Assembly: GCA_003135555.1 (NCBI GenBank)
Contig: PLCF01000054.1
Location: 1-16,360, forward strand
Source of the DNA: Vulcanimicrobiota bacterium
Lineage (GTDB): Bacteria > Vulcanimicrobiota > Vulcanimicrobiia > Vulcanimicrobiales > Vulcanimicrobiaceae
Length of the DNA stretch: 16,360 nt
Reading direction: 5' to 3'
Part shown: positions 6,753-14,128 of the stretch, piece by piece
How the letters are laid out: every line of letters starts with the position of its first letter
Position numbering within the stretch: the stretch's first letter is position 1
Translations under genes and position numbers: made by a program
Notes under the pieces: generated by a model
Databases searched by the model: none
Told to the model about the DNA's origin: nothing
The model's input: the letters and a program-made list of their open reading frames with translations, nothing else

Positions 6753-7250
6753 ATGGACGAGCCGCAGAACCCGATCGTCGCCATGGCGCAGAAGCTGCGG
6801 GCCCGGCGCGACCTGGGCGCGGCGATCGACTCCGCGACCGCCGGCACCGCGTCGCCGCGCGGGGATGACGCGGCGAGCCGCTTCGCCGCGCTCGCCGAGG
6901 TGCTCGCGATCGGGGTGAAGCGGCTCAACTCGATCCTGGGCAAGCGCACCGGGGTGACCTTCGTGCGGCTCGACGATCCGCCGCGGCTGCGGCTGCGCTT
7001 CCGCGAGCGGCGCATCGCCCTCGACCTCGATGCCGCCCGGCAGCTGGTCCTCGTCAGCGGCGAGGGGCTCGAGGGCGAGTACCAGTTTCTCGACGCCGAT
7101 CTCCCCGCGCTCATGAACCTCTCGAAGTTCTCGACCGACGCCGGCTACCGCGACGCCCTGACCGGCTCCGAGCTGCTCAAGACGATCGCGGCCGACGCCC
7201 AGCTGCCGCGCCCCGCCCATCTGGACGAACCCGGCCCGATGCGCTTTTAG
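6753..7250 (+). CDS. Hypothetical protein (165 aa)
   Basis: MDEPQNPIVAMAQKLRARRDL...GPMRF, with strong GC third-position bias and normal composition. It fills the gap between SRPBCC and nth. No family recognised. Confidence 0.7.
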   Translation: MDEPQNPIVAMAQKLRARRDLGAAIDSATAGTASPRGDDAASRFAALAEVLAIGVKRLNSILGKRTGVTFVRLDDPPRLRLRFRERRIALDLDAARQLVLVSGEGLEGEYQFLDADLPALMNLSKFSTDAGYRDALTGSELLKTIAADAQLPRPAHLDEPGPMRF

Positions 7251-7920
7251 GCGCGCGTCGCGCTCGAGCCACAATCGGGCGCGACGGGCACATCGTCACC
7301 GGGCAGCGCTCGCACGCCGGCGTCGGTGCCTTGCAGACCTCGCGGCCGTGAAGGATCAGCCAGTGGTGCGCGTGGCGCCACTGCTCGCGCGGCACGAGCT
7401 TGGTCACATCGTCCTCGACGCCCCGCGGCGTCGCCGCCAACGTCAGGCCGAGCCGGTGCGCGACCCGGAACACGTGCGTGTCGACCGCGAAGGCCGCCTC
7501 TCCGAACGCGACCGACATCACGACGTTCGCGGTCTTGCGCCCCACGCCGGACAGCGCTTCGAGCGACTCCCGGTCGGGGGGAACCGCGCCGCCATGCTCG
7601 GCGACGAGCCCGCGTGCGGCGTTGATGATGTTCTTCGCCTTCGTCCGGAAAAAGCCGCACGACTTGATGATCGTTTCGATGTCGGCCTGGTCGGCGCGCG
7701 CCAGCGACGCCGCATCGGGATATCTCGCGAACAAGTACGGCGTCGTGAGGTTCACGCGAGCGTCGGTGCATTGCGCGCTCAGGATCACCGCCACGAGCAG
7801 CTCGAACGGGCTATCGTAGTCGAGCGCGGTGACCGCGTGCGGGTACGTCCGCTCGAGGATCGCGAGCTCCTCGGCCGCGACCGCGCGCGAGACCTTCTTG
7901 CGAGGGAACGGGATCGTCAC
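7177..7920 (-). CDS. nth: Endonuclease III (HhH-GPD DNA glycosylase/AP lyase)
   Basis: FELLVAVILSAQCTDARVN, HhH LSGVGRKTANVV (catalytic Lys), AVDTHVFRV (catalytic Asp), HHWLILHGR and a C-terminal Cys cluster CKAPTPACERCPVTMC. Confidence 0.95.
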   Translation of the reverse strand: MTIPFPRKKVSRAVAAEELAILERTYPHAVTALDYDSPFELLVAVILSAQCTDARVNLTTPYLFARYPDAASLARADQADIETIIKSCGFFRTKAKNIINAARGLVAEHGGAVPPDRESLEALSGVGRKTANVVMSVAFGEAAFAVDTHVFRVAHRLGLTLAATPRGVEDDVTKLVPREQWRHAHHWLILHGREVCKAPTPACERCPVTMCPSRPIVARARRAPKSASGRVRPDGRGAAAGRRPRSS

Positions 7921-7961
7921 GAGGCGGAACCTTCGGGTAGCGGCCGCGAATCCTATCCTGC

Positions 7962-8558
7962 ATGCCGTTCCTCAAGCAGAAGGACCCGACCGTGCCGCCC
8001 GGCCAGACCGTCACCGACGGCTTCCCGGTGCTGCACGTCGGCGACGTCCCGCAGATCGATCCGCGGACGTGGTCGCTGCGCATCTTCGGCGCGGTCGAGC
8101 AGCCCTTCGAGCTGTCCTACGACGAGCTGCGCGCGCTGCCGGCGGCCGAGTACCGCGGCGACATTCACTGCGTCACCCGCTGGTCGAAGAAGAACACCTA
8201 TTGGGTCGGCGTCACGTTCTCCACGCTGGTCGCCCGCGCGAAGCCGCTTCCAACGGCGGCGTTCGTCGTGCAGCACGCCGACAACGAGTACACGACCAAC
8301 GTACCGCTGGCGGTGATGCTCGACGCCGACGTGCTCGTCGCGTACGAGTTCGACGGCCGGCCGATCGAACCGATCCACGGCGGACCCGTCCGGATGCTCG
8401 TGCCCAAGAAGTACTTCTGGAAGAGCGCGAAATGGCTGCACGGCATCGAGTTCCGCGACGCCGACCAGAAAGGCTTCTGGGAAGTGCGCGGCTACAACAA
8501 CGACGCGGACCCCTGGAAAGAGGAACGGTACGCCGACCTGCCGGCCTGGTTCAGCTGA
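7962..8558 (+). CDS. Sulfite oxidase-family molybdopterin-binding oxidoreductase (YuiH-like, cytoplasmic)
   Basis: PPGQ...FPVLH, DIHCVTRWS (Mo-ligating Cys), YTTNVPL, HGGPVRMLVP..YFWKSAKWL and GFWE.RGY. No Tat or Sec signal is visible. Confidence 0.9.
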   Translation: MPFLKQKDPTVPPGQTVTDGFPVLHVGDVPQIDPRTWSLRIFGAVEQPFELSYDELRALPAAEYRGDIHCVTRWSKKNTYWVGVTFSTLVARAKPLPTAAFVVQHADNEYTTNVPLAVMLDADVLVAYEFDGRPIEPIHGGPVRMLVPKKYFWKSAKWLHGIEFRDADQKGFWEVRGYNNDADPWKEERYADLPAWFS

Positions 8559-8578
8559 CGCCCCAACGCTAACACGCG

Positions 8579-8821
8579 CTAGAGCGTGTCGAACGTCCCG
8601 ACGAGCGCGACGCTCGCGTTGCACGCGACACCCGGCAGCGACGCCACCGCGGCCGCGGTGCAGTCGATCGCGAACAGCGAGGTGCCGGCGGTGTTGGGGA
8701 AGTCGAGCGCACCGGCGGTGTCGGGCTGTTGCGTCGATCCCGAGGCGAACAGCGCGCTCGCGTTGAGCGAGGCCTGCGCGGGGAACGTCGGGGCACACGG
8801 AAACGCAGCGCATCCGCGCAT
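8579..8821 (-). CDS. Small hypothetical protein or gene remnant (80 aa, 4 Cys)
   Basis: MRGCAAFPCAPTFPAQASLNASALFASGSTQQPDTAGALDFPNTAGTSLFAIDC...ACNASVALVGTFDTL. Third positions are mostly G/C in this frame. The start is uncertain, as the frame is open to 8905. Confidence 0.45.
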   Translation of the reverse strand: MRGCAAFPCAPTFPAQASLNASALFASGSTQQPDTAGALDFPNTAGTSLFAIDCTAAAVASLPGVACNASVALVGTFDTL

Positions 8822-8831
8822 TGTTACGCCA

Positions 8832-8859
8832 GTCGCCCCTTCGACAAGCTCAGGGTGAC
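8832..8859 (-). repeat. Short palindromic REP-like element, copy A
   Basis: Minus strand reads GTCACCC-TGAGCTTGTCGAA-GGGGCGAC. The arms pair around the TGAGCTTGTCGAA core. It lies 17 nt after the mutY stop. Confidence 0.75.
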
Positions 8860-8876
8860 GGGAATCCGATGTGGTG

Positions 8877-9782
8877 TCAGGCCAGACGTACTTCCTGTGA
8901 ATCACAGGTCACGATTCCGTCGCGCACCAGCATGTCTACGACGTTCGGTATTTCGTGCAGGCGGTCGCCCGGAACGCTTGCGGCCAGATCGCGCAGCAAC
9001 GTCGCGAGCGGCAGCGCTTCACGCGGCGCGAGATCGCGCAATCGGTCGACGATGCGCCCGCGCAGGTACCGCGTCGAGCGCTCGAACGGTATGCCGCTTT
9101 GCGGCGACTTGGCCGGCGCGTGCGCGCGGGCGCGCGTAGTCAGCTCGACGGGGTCGACGGGAGCGGCGACGCACGCGTCGCGCAACGGACAGATCAGACA
9201 CTTCGGCGCGCGCGCGGTACAGATCGTGGCGCCGAGATCCATCAGCGCGGAGTTCCAATCGTGCGCAGCGCCGTGCGGGACGGCGGCGATTGCGAGCGTA
9301 TCCAGCGTGCGGTCGTCCGCGAGCCGCGGATGCTCCAGACCCAACGCGACGCGATGGATCACCCGCCGCACGTTGACGTCGACCGCGGCGTCATCGAGCT
9401 CGAAGGCGAAAGCCCGCAGGGCGGACGCGGTGTAGGCGCCGATCCCCGGCAGCGCGCGCAGCGCGGCCGGGTCGGCCGGAAGCAGCCCGCCGTGACGCGC
9501 CTGCACGGCACGGGCGAGCGCGTGCAACCGAACCGCGCGGCTGTTGTAGCCGAGCCCGCGCCAGGCCCGCACGACGTCGGCGGCCTCGGCGGCGGCGAGC
9601 GCGGCGAATCCCGGCCAGCGCGCGACGAACGCTTCGTAGTGGGGGACCACCCGTTCGACCTGCGTTTGCTGCAGCATCAGCTCGCTCACCAGGATTCGGT
9701 ACGGGTCGCGCGTCGAGCGCCACGGCAGATGCGCGCGACCGTGGCGCGCATACCATTTCAACAGCGCACGCGTCGGGAACAG
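8877..9782 (-). CDS. mutY: A/G-specific adenine glycosylase, short form lacking the NUDIX-like C-terminal domain; start uncertain
   Basis: LLKWY...R..LPWR...DPYRILVSELMLQQTQVERV, WRGLGYNSRA, HhH LPGIGAYTA, VDVNVRRV and Fe-S motif C-X6-C-X2-C-X5-C (CTARAPKCLICPLRDAC). The first canonical start is TTG 9761, but the frame continues upstream through FPTRAL to CTG codons at 9782 and 9809. Confidence 0.9.
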   Translation of the reverse strand: MFPTRALLKWYARHGRAHLPWRSTRDPYRILVSELMLQQTQVERVVPHYEAFVARWPGFAALAAAEAADVVRAWRGLGYNSRAVRLHALARAVQARHGGLLPADPAALRALPGIGAYTASALRAFAFELDDAAVDVNVRRVIHRVALGLEHPRLADDRTLDTLAIAAVPHGAAHDWNSALMDLGATICTARAPKCLICPLRDACVAAPVDPVELTTRARAHAPAKSPQSGIPFERSTRYLRGRIVDRLRDLAPREALPLATLLRDLAASVPGDRLHEIPNVVDMLVRDGIVTCDSQEVRLA

Positions 9783-9810
9783 CCTGTCCTGAGCTCGTCG
9801 AAGGATCAGG
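9783..9810 (+). repeat. Short palindromic REP-like element, copy B
   Basis: CCTGTCC-TGAGCTCGTCGAA-GGATCAGG has the same core as copy A. It spans the junction between the MocR stop and the mutY start. Confidence 0.75.
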
Positions 9811-11251
9811 TCGCGGCCTCCCCGATCCGCCGGATCCCTTCCTCGATCGCACCGCGCGGCACCGGCGTGAGCGCGAGCCGGAAGTTGTGGTCGCCGCCGG
9901 ATTGTGCGAAGAACGCTTCTCCGAACAAGAACGACGCGCCGCGCCGCTCGGCACCGGCGAGCAGCGCGCGGGCGCGCGTTTCACGCGCCGCCGTCGCCCA
10001 CAAGTAATATCCGTCGCCGCCGCGGGTCACCCGCATCGCCGGCGGCCAGTACCGCTCGATCGCGGCGTACGCGAGGGCGCGCCGCTGCGTCAGCTCGGCG
10101 CGCAGCGCGGCGAGGTGGTCGTCGTAACGGGTCTCGAGATAGTCGCGAACCCCGGCCTGGATGTACATCGACGTTGCCATGTCGATCGATTGCTTGCGCA
10201 GCAGCAGGCGTTCGTAGATCGTGCGCGGAGCGACCAGCCAGCCGAGTCTCAGCGACGGCGCGATGGTCTTGGAAAACGACGAGAGGTAGATCACGTACTC
10301 GGCGCCGCGCGCAAGCAGCGGGGTCGAGCGCGGCGCCGCCAGCTCGCCGTACGGATCGTCCTCGACGACCGGAACGCCGAACCGCTTCGCCAGCGTCACC
10401 AGGCGATCGCGGCGGTCCGCGTTCATCGTTACGCCGGTCGGATTGTGGATCGACGGCATCGTGTAGATGAAGCGCGGGCGGCGCGTGCGCAGGATCGCCT
10501 CGACGTGATCGACGCGCATTCCGCCGTCGTCGACGGGGACGGTGATGGCGCGCAGGCCCGCGATCTGAAAGATCTGCAGCGCCCCGGGGTAGGTCGGCGC
10601 TTCGACGACGATCTCGTCGCCGGGCTCGGCCAGCGACTGCGCGACCAGGGTGATGCCCTGCGTCGAGCCCGTCAGCACCAGAACGTCGCGCGCGTCGACG
10701 TCGCAGCCGCGCGTGCGCATGCGTGCCGCAATCGTCTCGCGCAGCGGCGCATAGCCCTCGCTGTCACCGTACGTCAACACGAACTTCTCGTCGCCGCCGG
10801 CCCGCCCGAACGACCTCGAGAGGTCACCCAGCGGCGATGGTTCCGCGGGCGGCACGCCTTGCACGAACGCGATGAGGTCACCGTGTTCGCTCGCGGCGAG
10901 CTCGCCGAGCACGGCGGGAAACTGGCCGACCCGCCAGGGCGGCAGCGTGACCCACCACGGCACCGCCGGCGAGCGATCGGGGCGGCCGCCGTCGAGTGAG
11001 GCAACCCGGGAACCGGACCCGACCCGCTGCGAGATCAGGCCGTCCGCCGCCAGGTCGCGGTAGGCGTGAACGACGGTCGAACGGTTGACGCGCAGTCGCT
11101 CGGCGAGGGTCCGCTCGGGCGGCAAGCGCGTCCCTTCGGGCAGCGCACCGGCCAAGATCTGCTCGCGCAGCCGCTCGTAGAGCTGGCGGTAGATGGGCAC
11201 GATACTCCCCCGGTCGAGCTCGAGCGCGAGTTCCGACGAGCCAGTCCGCAT
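9806..11251 (-). CDS. MocR/GabR-family transcriptional regulator (GntR wHTH plus PLP aminotransferase-like domain)
   Basis: N-terminal PIYRQL...G.LPEGTRLPPERTLAERLRVNRSTVVHAYRDL..DGLI...GSGSRV. AAT domain YGDSEGYAPLR, HNPTG, VEDDPY and SSFSKTIAPSLRLGW (PLP Lys). Likely start is ATG 11251 (or 11257). Confidence 0.93.
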   Translation of the reverse strand: MRTGSSELALELDRGSIVPIYRQLYERLREQILAGALPEGTRLPPERTLAERLRVNRSTVVHAYRDLAADGLISQRVGSGSRVASLDGGRPDRSPAVPWWVTLPPWRVGQFPAVLGELAASEHGDLIAFVQGVPPAEPSPLGDLSRSFGRAGGDEKFVLTYGDSEGYAPLRETIAARMRTRGCDVDARDVLVLTGSTQGITLVAQSLAEPGDEIVVEAPTYPGALQIFQIAGLRAITVPVDDGGMRVDHVEAILRTRRPRFIYTMPSIHNPTGVTMNADRRDRLVTLAKRFGVPVVEDDPYGELAAPRSTPLLARGAEYVIYLSSFSKTIAPSLRLGWLVAPRTIYERLLLRKQSIDMATSMYIQAGVRDYLETRYDDHLAALRAELTQRRALAYAAIERYWPPAMRVTRGGDGYYLWATAARETRARALLAGAERRGASFLFGEAFFAQSGGDHNFRLALTPVPRGAIEEGIRRIGEAAT

Positions 11252-11253
11252 GA

Positions 11254-11337
11254 CCATCCACTTCTTCGGATTGCCGCTCCAATCCCGGCAAAATCCCCGG
11301 AACGGCCTGCAATTGGATGGTTCACTCGCTGGAATGG
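11254..11337. promoter_or_regulatory. Candidate MocR operator: cluster of GGAT(T/G)G / C(A/C)ATCC hexamers
   Basis: Perfect inverted repeat GGATTG-N6-CAATCC at 11268-11285. Related hexamers: AAATCC at 11291 (11 nt after CAATCC), CCATCC at 11254, GGATGG at 11315 and GGAATGG at 11331. Confidence 0.45.
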
Positions 11338-11363
11338 CGGACGGGAGCGGCCGCGGCACGCGC

Positions 11364-11369
11364 TATGAT
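11364..11369 (+). promoter_or_regulatory. Possible sigma70 -10 box (TATGAT) for aceEF
   Basis: 5/6 match to TATAAT in GC-rich context, about 48 nt before the aceE ATG. No recognisable -35. Confidence 0.4.
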
Positions 11370-11386
11370 GATCGCGACCGAGCCTT

Positions 11387-11408
11387 GTCCTGAGCTTGTT
11401 CGAAGGAC
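11387..11408 (+). repeat. Short palindromic REP-like element, copy C (overlaps aceE RBS)
   Basis: GTCC-TGAGCTTGTTCGAA-GGAC, with a 1-nt insertion in the core. Its AAGGA (11403-11407) lies 9 nt before the aceE ATG at 11417. Confidence 0.7.
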
Positions 11409-11416
11409 CCACGCCC

Positions 11417-14128
11417 ATGATCGACGCGTCCACCCAAGCCACCCCGGCTACGAACGGCAGCGCCGCCAAAGCCGGCGCGGCGCCCGACCCGCAGGAGACC
11501 CGCGAGTGGCTCGACGCGCTCGACGGCGTGATCGACGCGGAAGGGGCTGGGCGCGCCAGCGAGCTGGTGCGGGCGATCGTGGAGCGCGCGGCAACGCGCG
11601 GCGTGCGCACGCCGGCGGCGCAGACGACGCCCTACGTCAACACGATCTCGGCCGAAGAACAAGCCCACTTCCCCGGCGACGACTCGATCGAGTCCAAGAT
11701 CCGGCACTACGTCCGCTGGAACGCGATGGCGATGGTCGTGCGGGCGCAGAAAGACCACAGCGATCTGGGCGGTCACGTCGCCAGCTTCTCCTCCGCGGCG
11801 ACGCTGTACGACGTCGGGTTCAACCATTTCTGGCGCGCGCCCGGTCACGCCAGCGGCGGCGATCTGGTCTACTTTCAGGGCCATTCGGCGCCCGGCGTGT
11901 ACGCGCGCGCGTTCATCGAAGGCCGGTTCACCGAAGAACAGCTCGTCAACTTCCGGCGCGAGGTCGACGGCGGCGGACTCTCGTCGTATCCGCACCCCTG
12001 GCTCATGCCGGACTTCTGGCAGTTCGCAACGGTATCGATGGGGCTCGGGCCGCTGCAAGCCGTCTACCAAGCGCGCTACATGCGCTACCTTCAGGACCGT
12101 GGTCTCGCCGACACGTCGGCGCGCAAGGTGTGGTGTTTCGTCGGCGACGGCGAAGCCGACGAGCCGGAGTCGCTGGCCGCGCTCGGCATCGCCGCGCGCG
12201 AGAAGCTCGACAACTTGATCTTCGTCGTCAACTGCAACCTGCAGCGGCTCGACGGCCCGGTACGCGGCAACGGTAAAATCATCCAGGAGCTCGAGGGAAT
12301 CTTCCGCGGCGCGGGCTGGAACGTGATCAAAGTCATCTGGGGTTCGCGCTGGGATCCGCTGCTCGCCGCCGACCACACCGGCACGCTCGTCAAGCTCATG
12401 GCCGAGACGCTCGACGGCGACTACCAAACGCTCAAGTCGCGCGACGGCGCCTACGTGCGCGAACACTTCTTCGGCAAGTACCCCGAGACGCGCGCGCTCG
12501 TCGAGCGCTTGACCGACGACGAGATCTGGGAACTCAACCGCGGCGGCCACGACCCCTATAAGGTGTACGCGGCGTACAAGGCCGCCGCCGACCACACCGG
12601 TTCGCCGACCGTCATCCTGGCCAAGACGATCAAAGGGTACGGGATGGGCTCCGCCGGCGAGGGGATGAACATCGCGCACCAGCAGAAAAAACTGCTCGTC
12701 GAGCAGCTGCGCTTCTTCCGCGACCGTTTCTCGATCCCGATCTCCGACGCCGAGCTCGAGCACGTGCCGTTCATCAAGCCGCCGGCTGAGAGCCGCGAGT
12801 CTGACTACCTCAAGGAACGCGTCGCCAAGCTGGGCAGCGTGCCGGCCCGTCGCCGCAACGTCGAGAAGCCGCTCGCCGTCCCCGAACGCAGCGCGTTCGG
12901 CGCGTTGCTGGAGTCCAGCGGCGAGCGCGAGATCTCGACGACCATGGCGTTCGTCCGGGCGTTGTCGACGCTCTTGCGCGACAAGACCGTCGGCCCGCGC
13001 GTCGTCCCGATCGTCGCCGACGAGTCGCGCACCTTCGGGATGGAAGGGATGTTCCGCCAGCTCGGCATCTACTCGAGCGTCGGTCAGCTCTACCGCCCGC
13101 AAGATGCCGACCAGCTCATGTGGTACCGCGAGGACAAGGCCGGTCAGATTCTGCAGGAAGGGATCACCGAAGCCGGCGCCATCTCGTCGTGGATCGCGGC
13201 CGGTACGTCGTACTCCACGCACGGCGTCCAGACGTTGCCGTTCTACATCTTCTACTCGATGTTCGGGTTCCAGCGCGTCGGAGATCTGGCTTGGGCCGCA
13301 GGCGACATGCGCACGCGCGGCTTCTTGCTGGGTGGGACCTCGGGCCGCACCACGCTCAATGGCGAAGGGTTACAGCACGAGGACGGACACTCGCATCTTT
13401 TCGCGGCGGCGGTTCCCAACTGCGTCCCGTACGATCCGACCTACGCGTACGAGGTCGCGACGATCGTGCAGGACGGCGTGCGCCGCATGCTCGCCGAACA
13501 GGAAGACGTCTACTATTACATCACGCTGCTCAACGAGAACTACGGGCATCCTGCGATGCCCGCCGGCGCCGAAGACGGGATCGTGCGCGGACTCTACTTG
13601 TTACGCGACGGCGGGCGGGCGCAGGCCGGTCAACCGCGCGTGCAACTGATGGGCAGCGGCTCGATCCTGCGCGAAGTGCTCGCTGCGGCGGAGCTGTTGC
13701 GCGACGACTTCGGCGTCGTCGCCGACGTCTGGAGCGCGACGAGCTTCACGCTGCTGCACCGTGACGGGGAAGCGGCCGCGCGTTGGAATCTGCTGCATCC
13801 GGACGAGACGCCACGGCGCGCCTACGTCGCGGCGCAACTCGACGGTCACGCTGGACCCGTCGTCGCGGCAACGGACTACGTCAAGACCTTCGCCGAGCAG
13901 ATTCGCCCCTTCGTCGACCGCCGTTTCCACGCGCTGGGAACCGACGGCTTCGGACGCAGCGACACGCGCAAGCAACTGCGCGCGTTCTTCGAGGTTGACC
14001 GGCGCTGGGTCGTGCTCGCGGCGTTGGGCGCGCTCGCCGGCGACGGCGCCGTTGCGCGCACGAAGGTCGCCGAGGCGATCGCCAAGTACGGCCTCGACCC
14101 TGCCAAGCCCGAACCGACGACCGTTTGA
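11417..14128 (+). CDS. aceE: Pyruvate dehydrogenase E1 component, homodimeric type
   Basis: DPQETREWLDAL, YFQGHSAPGVYARAF, LSSYPHPWLMPDFWQF, ThDP motif GDGEADEPES...NCNLQRLDGPV, DESRTFGMEG and NGEGLQHEDG. ATG 11417 follows AAGGA. Confidence 0.95.
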   Translation: MIDASTQATPATNGSAAKAGAAPDPQETREWLDALDGVIDAEGAGRASELVRAIVERAATRGVRTPAAQTTPYVNTISAEEQAHFPGDDSIESKIRHYVRWNAMAMVVRAQKDHSDLGGHVASFSSAATLYDVGFNHFWRAPGHASGGDLVYFQGHSAPGVYARAFIEGRFTEEQLVNFRREVDGGGLSSYPHPWLMPDFWQFATVSMGLGPLQAVYQARYMRYLQDRGLADTSARKVWCFVGDGEADEPESLAALGIAAREKLDNLIFVVNCNLQRLDGPVRGNGKIIQELEGIFRGAGWNVIKVIWGSRWDPLLAADHTGTLVKLMAETLDGDYQTLKSRDGAYVREHFFGKYPETRALVERLTDDEIWELNRGGHDPYKVYAAYKAAADHTGSPTVILAKTIKGYGMGSAGEGMNIAHQQKKLLVEQLRFFRDRFSIPISDAELEHVPFIKPPAESRESDYLKERVAKLGSVPARRRNVEKPLAVPERSAFGALLESSGEREISTTMAFVRALSTLLRDKTVGPRVVPIVADESRTFGMEGMFRQLGIYSSVGQLYRPQDADQLMWYREDKAGQILQEGITEAGAISSWIAAGTSYSTHGVQTLPFYIFYSMFGFQRVGDLAWAAGDMRTRGFLLGGTSGRTTLNGEGLQHEDGHSHLFAAAVPNCVPYDPTYAYEVATIVQDGVRRMLAEQEDVYYYITLLNENYGHPAMPAGAEDGIVRGLYLLRDGGRAQAGQPRVQLMGSGSILREVLAAAELLRDDFGVVADVWSATSFTLLHRDGEAAARWNLLHPDETPRRAYVAAQLDGHAGPVVAATDYVKTFAEQIRPFVDRRFHALGTDGFGRSDTRKQLRAFFEVDRRWVVLAALGALAGDGAVARTKVAEAIAKYGLDPAKPEPTTV

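Noticed and set aside
7962..8558. Calling the molybdoprotein msrP
   Set aside because: There is no Tat signal and no adjacent msrQ, and the protein is short. The motifs fit the cytoplasmic YuiH-like group, so no symbol was assigned.
11252..11359. ORF-track N-terminal extension of the MocR regulator; likewise extensions of ORFs to 3828, 7114 and 6351
   Set aside because: The extensions precede the family-typical N-termini and run through regulatory DNA or other genes, so downstream starts were chosen.
11363..13222. Long 619-aa antisense ORF, and similar long shadow ORFs (1521-2933, 1552-2796, 433-1473, 8955-10007, 9887-10999, 13876-15015)
   Set aside because: They overlap well-supported genes, are Arg/Ala/Gly-rich without motifs, and are expected from stop-codon scarcity in high-GC DNA.
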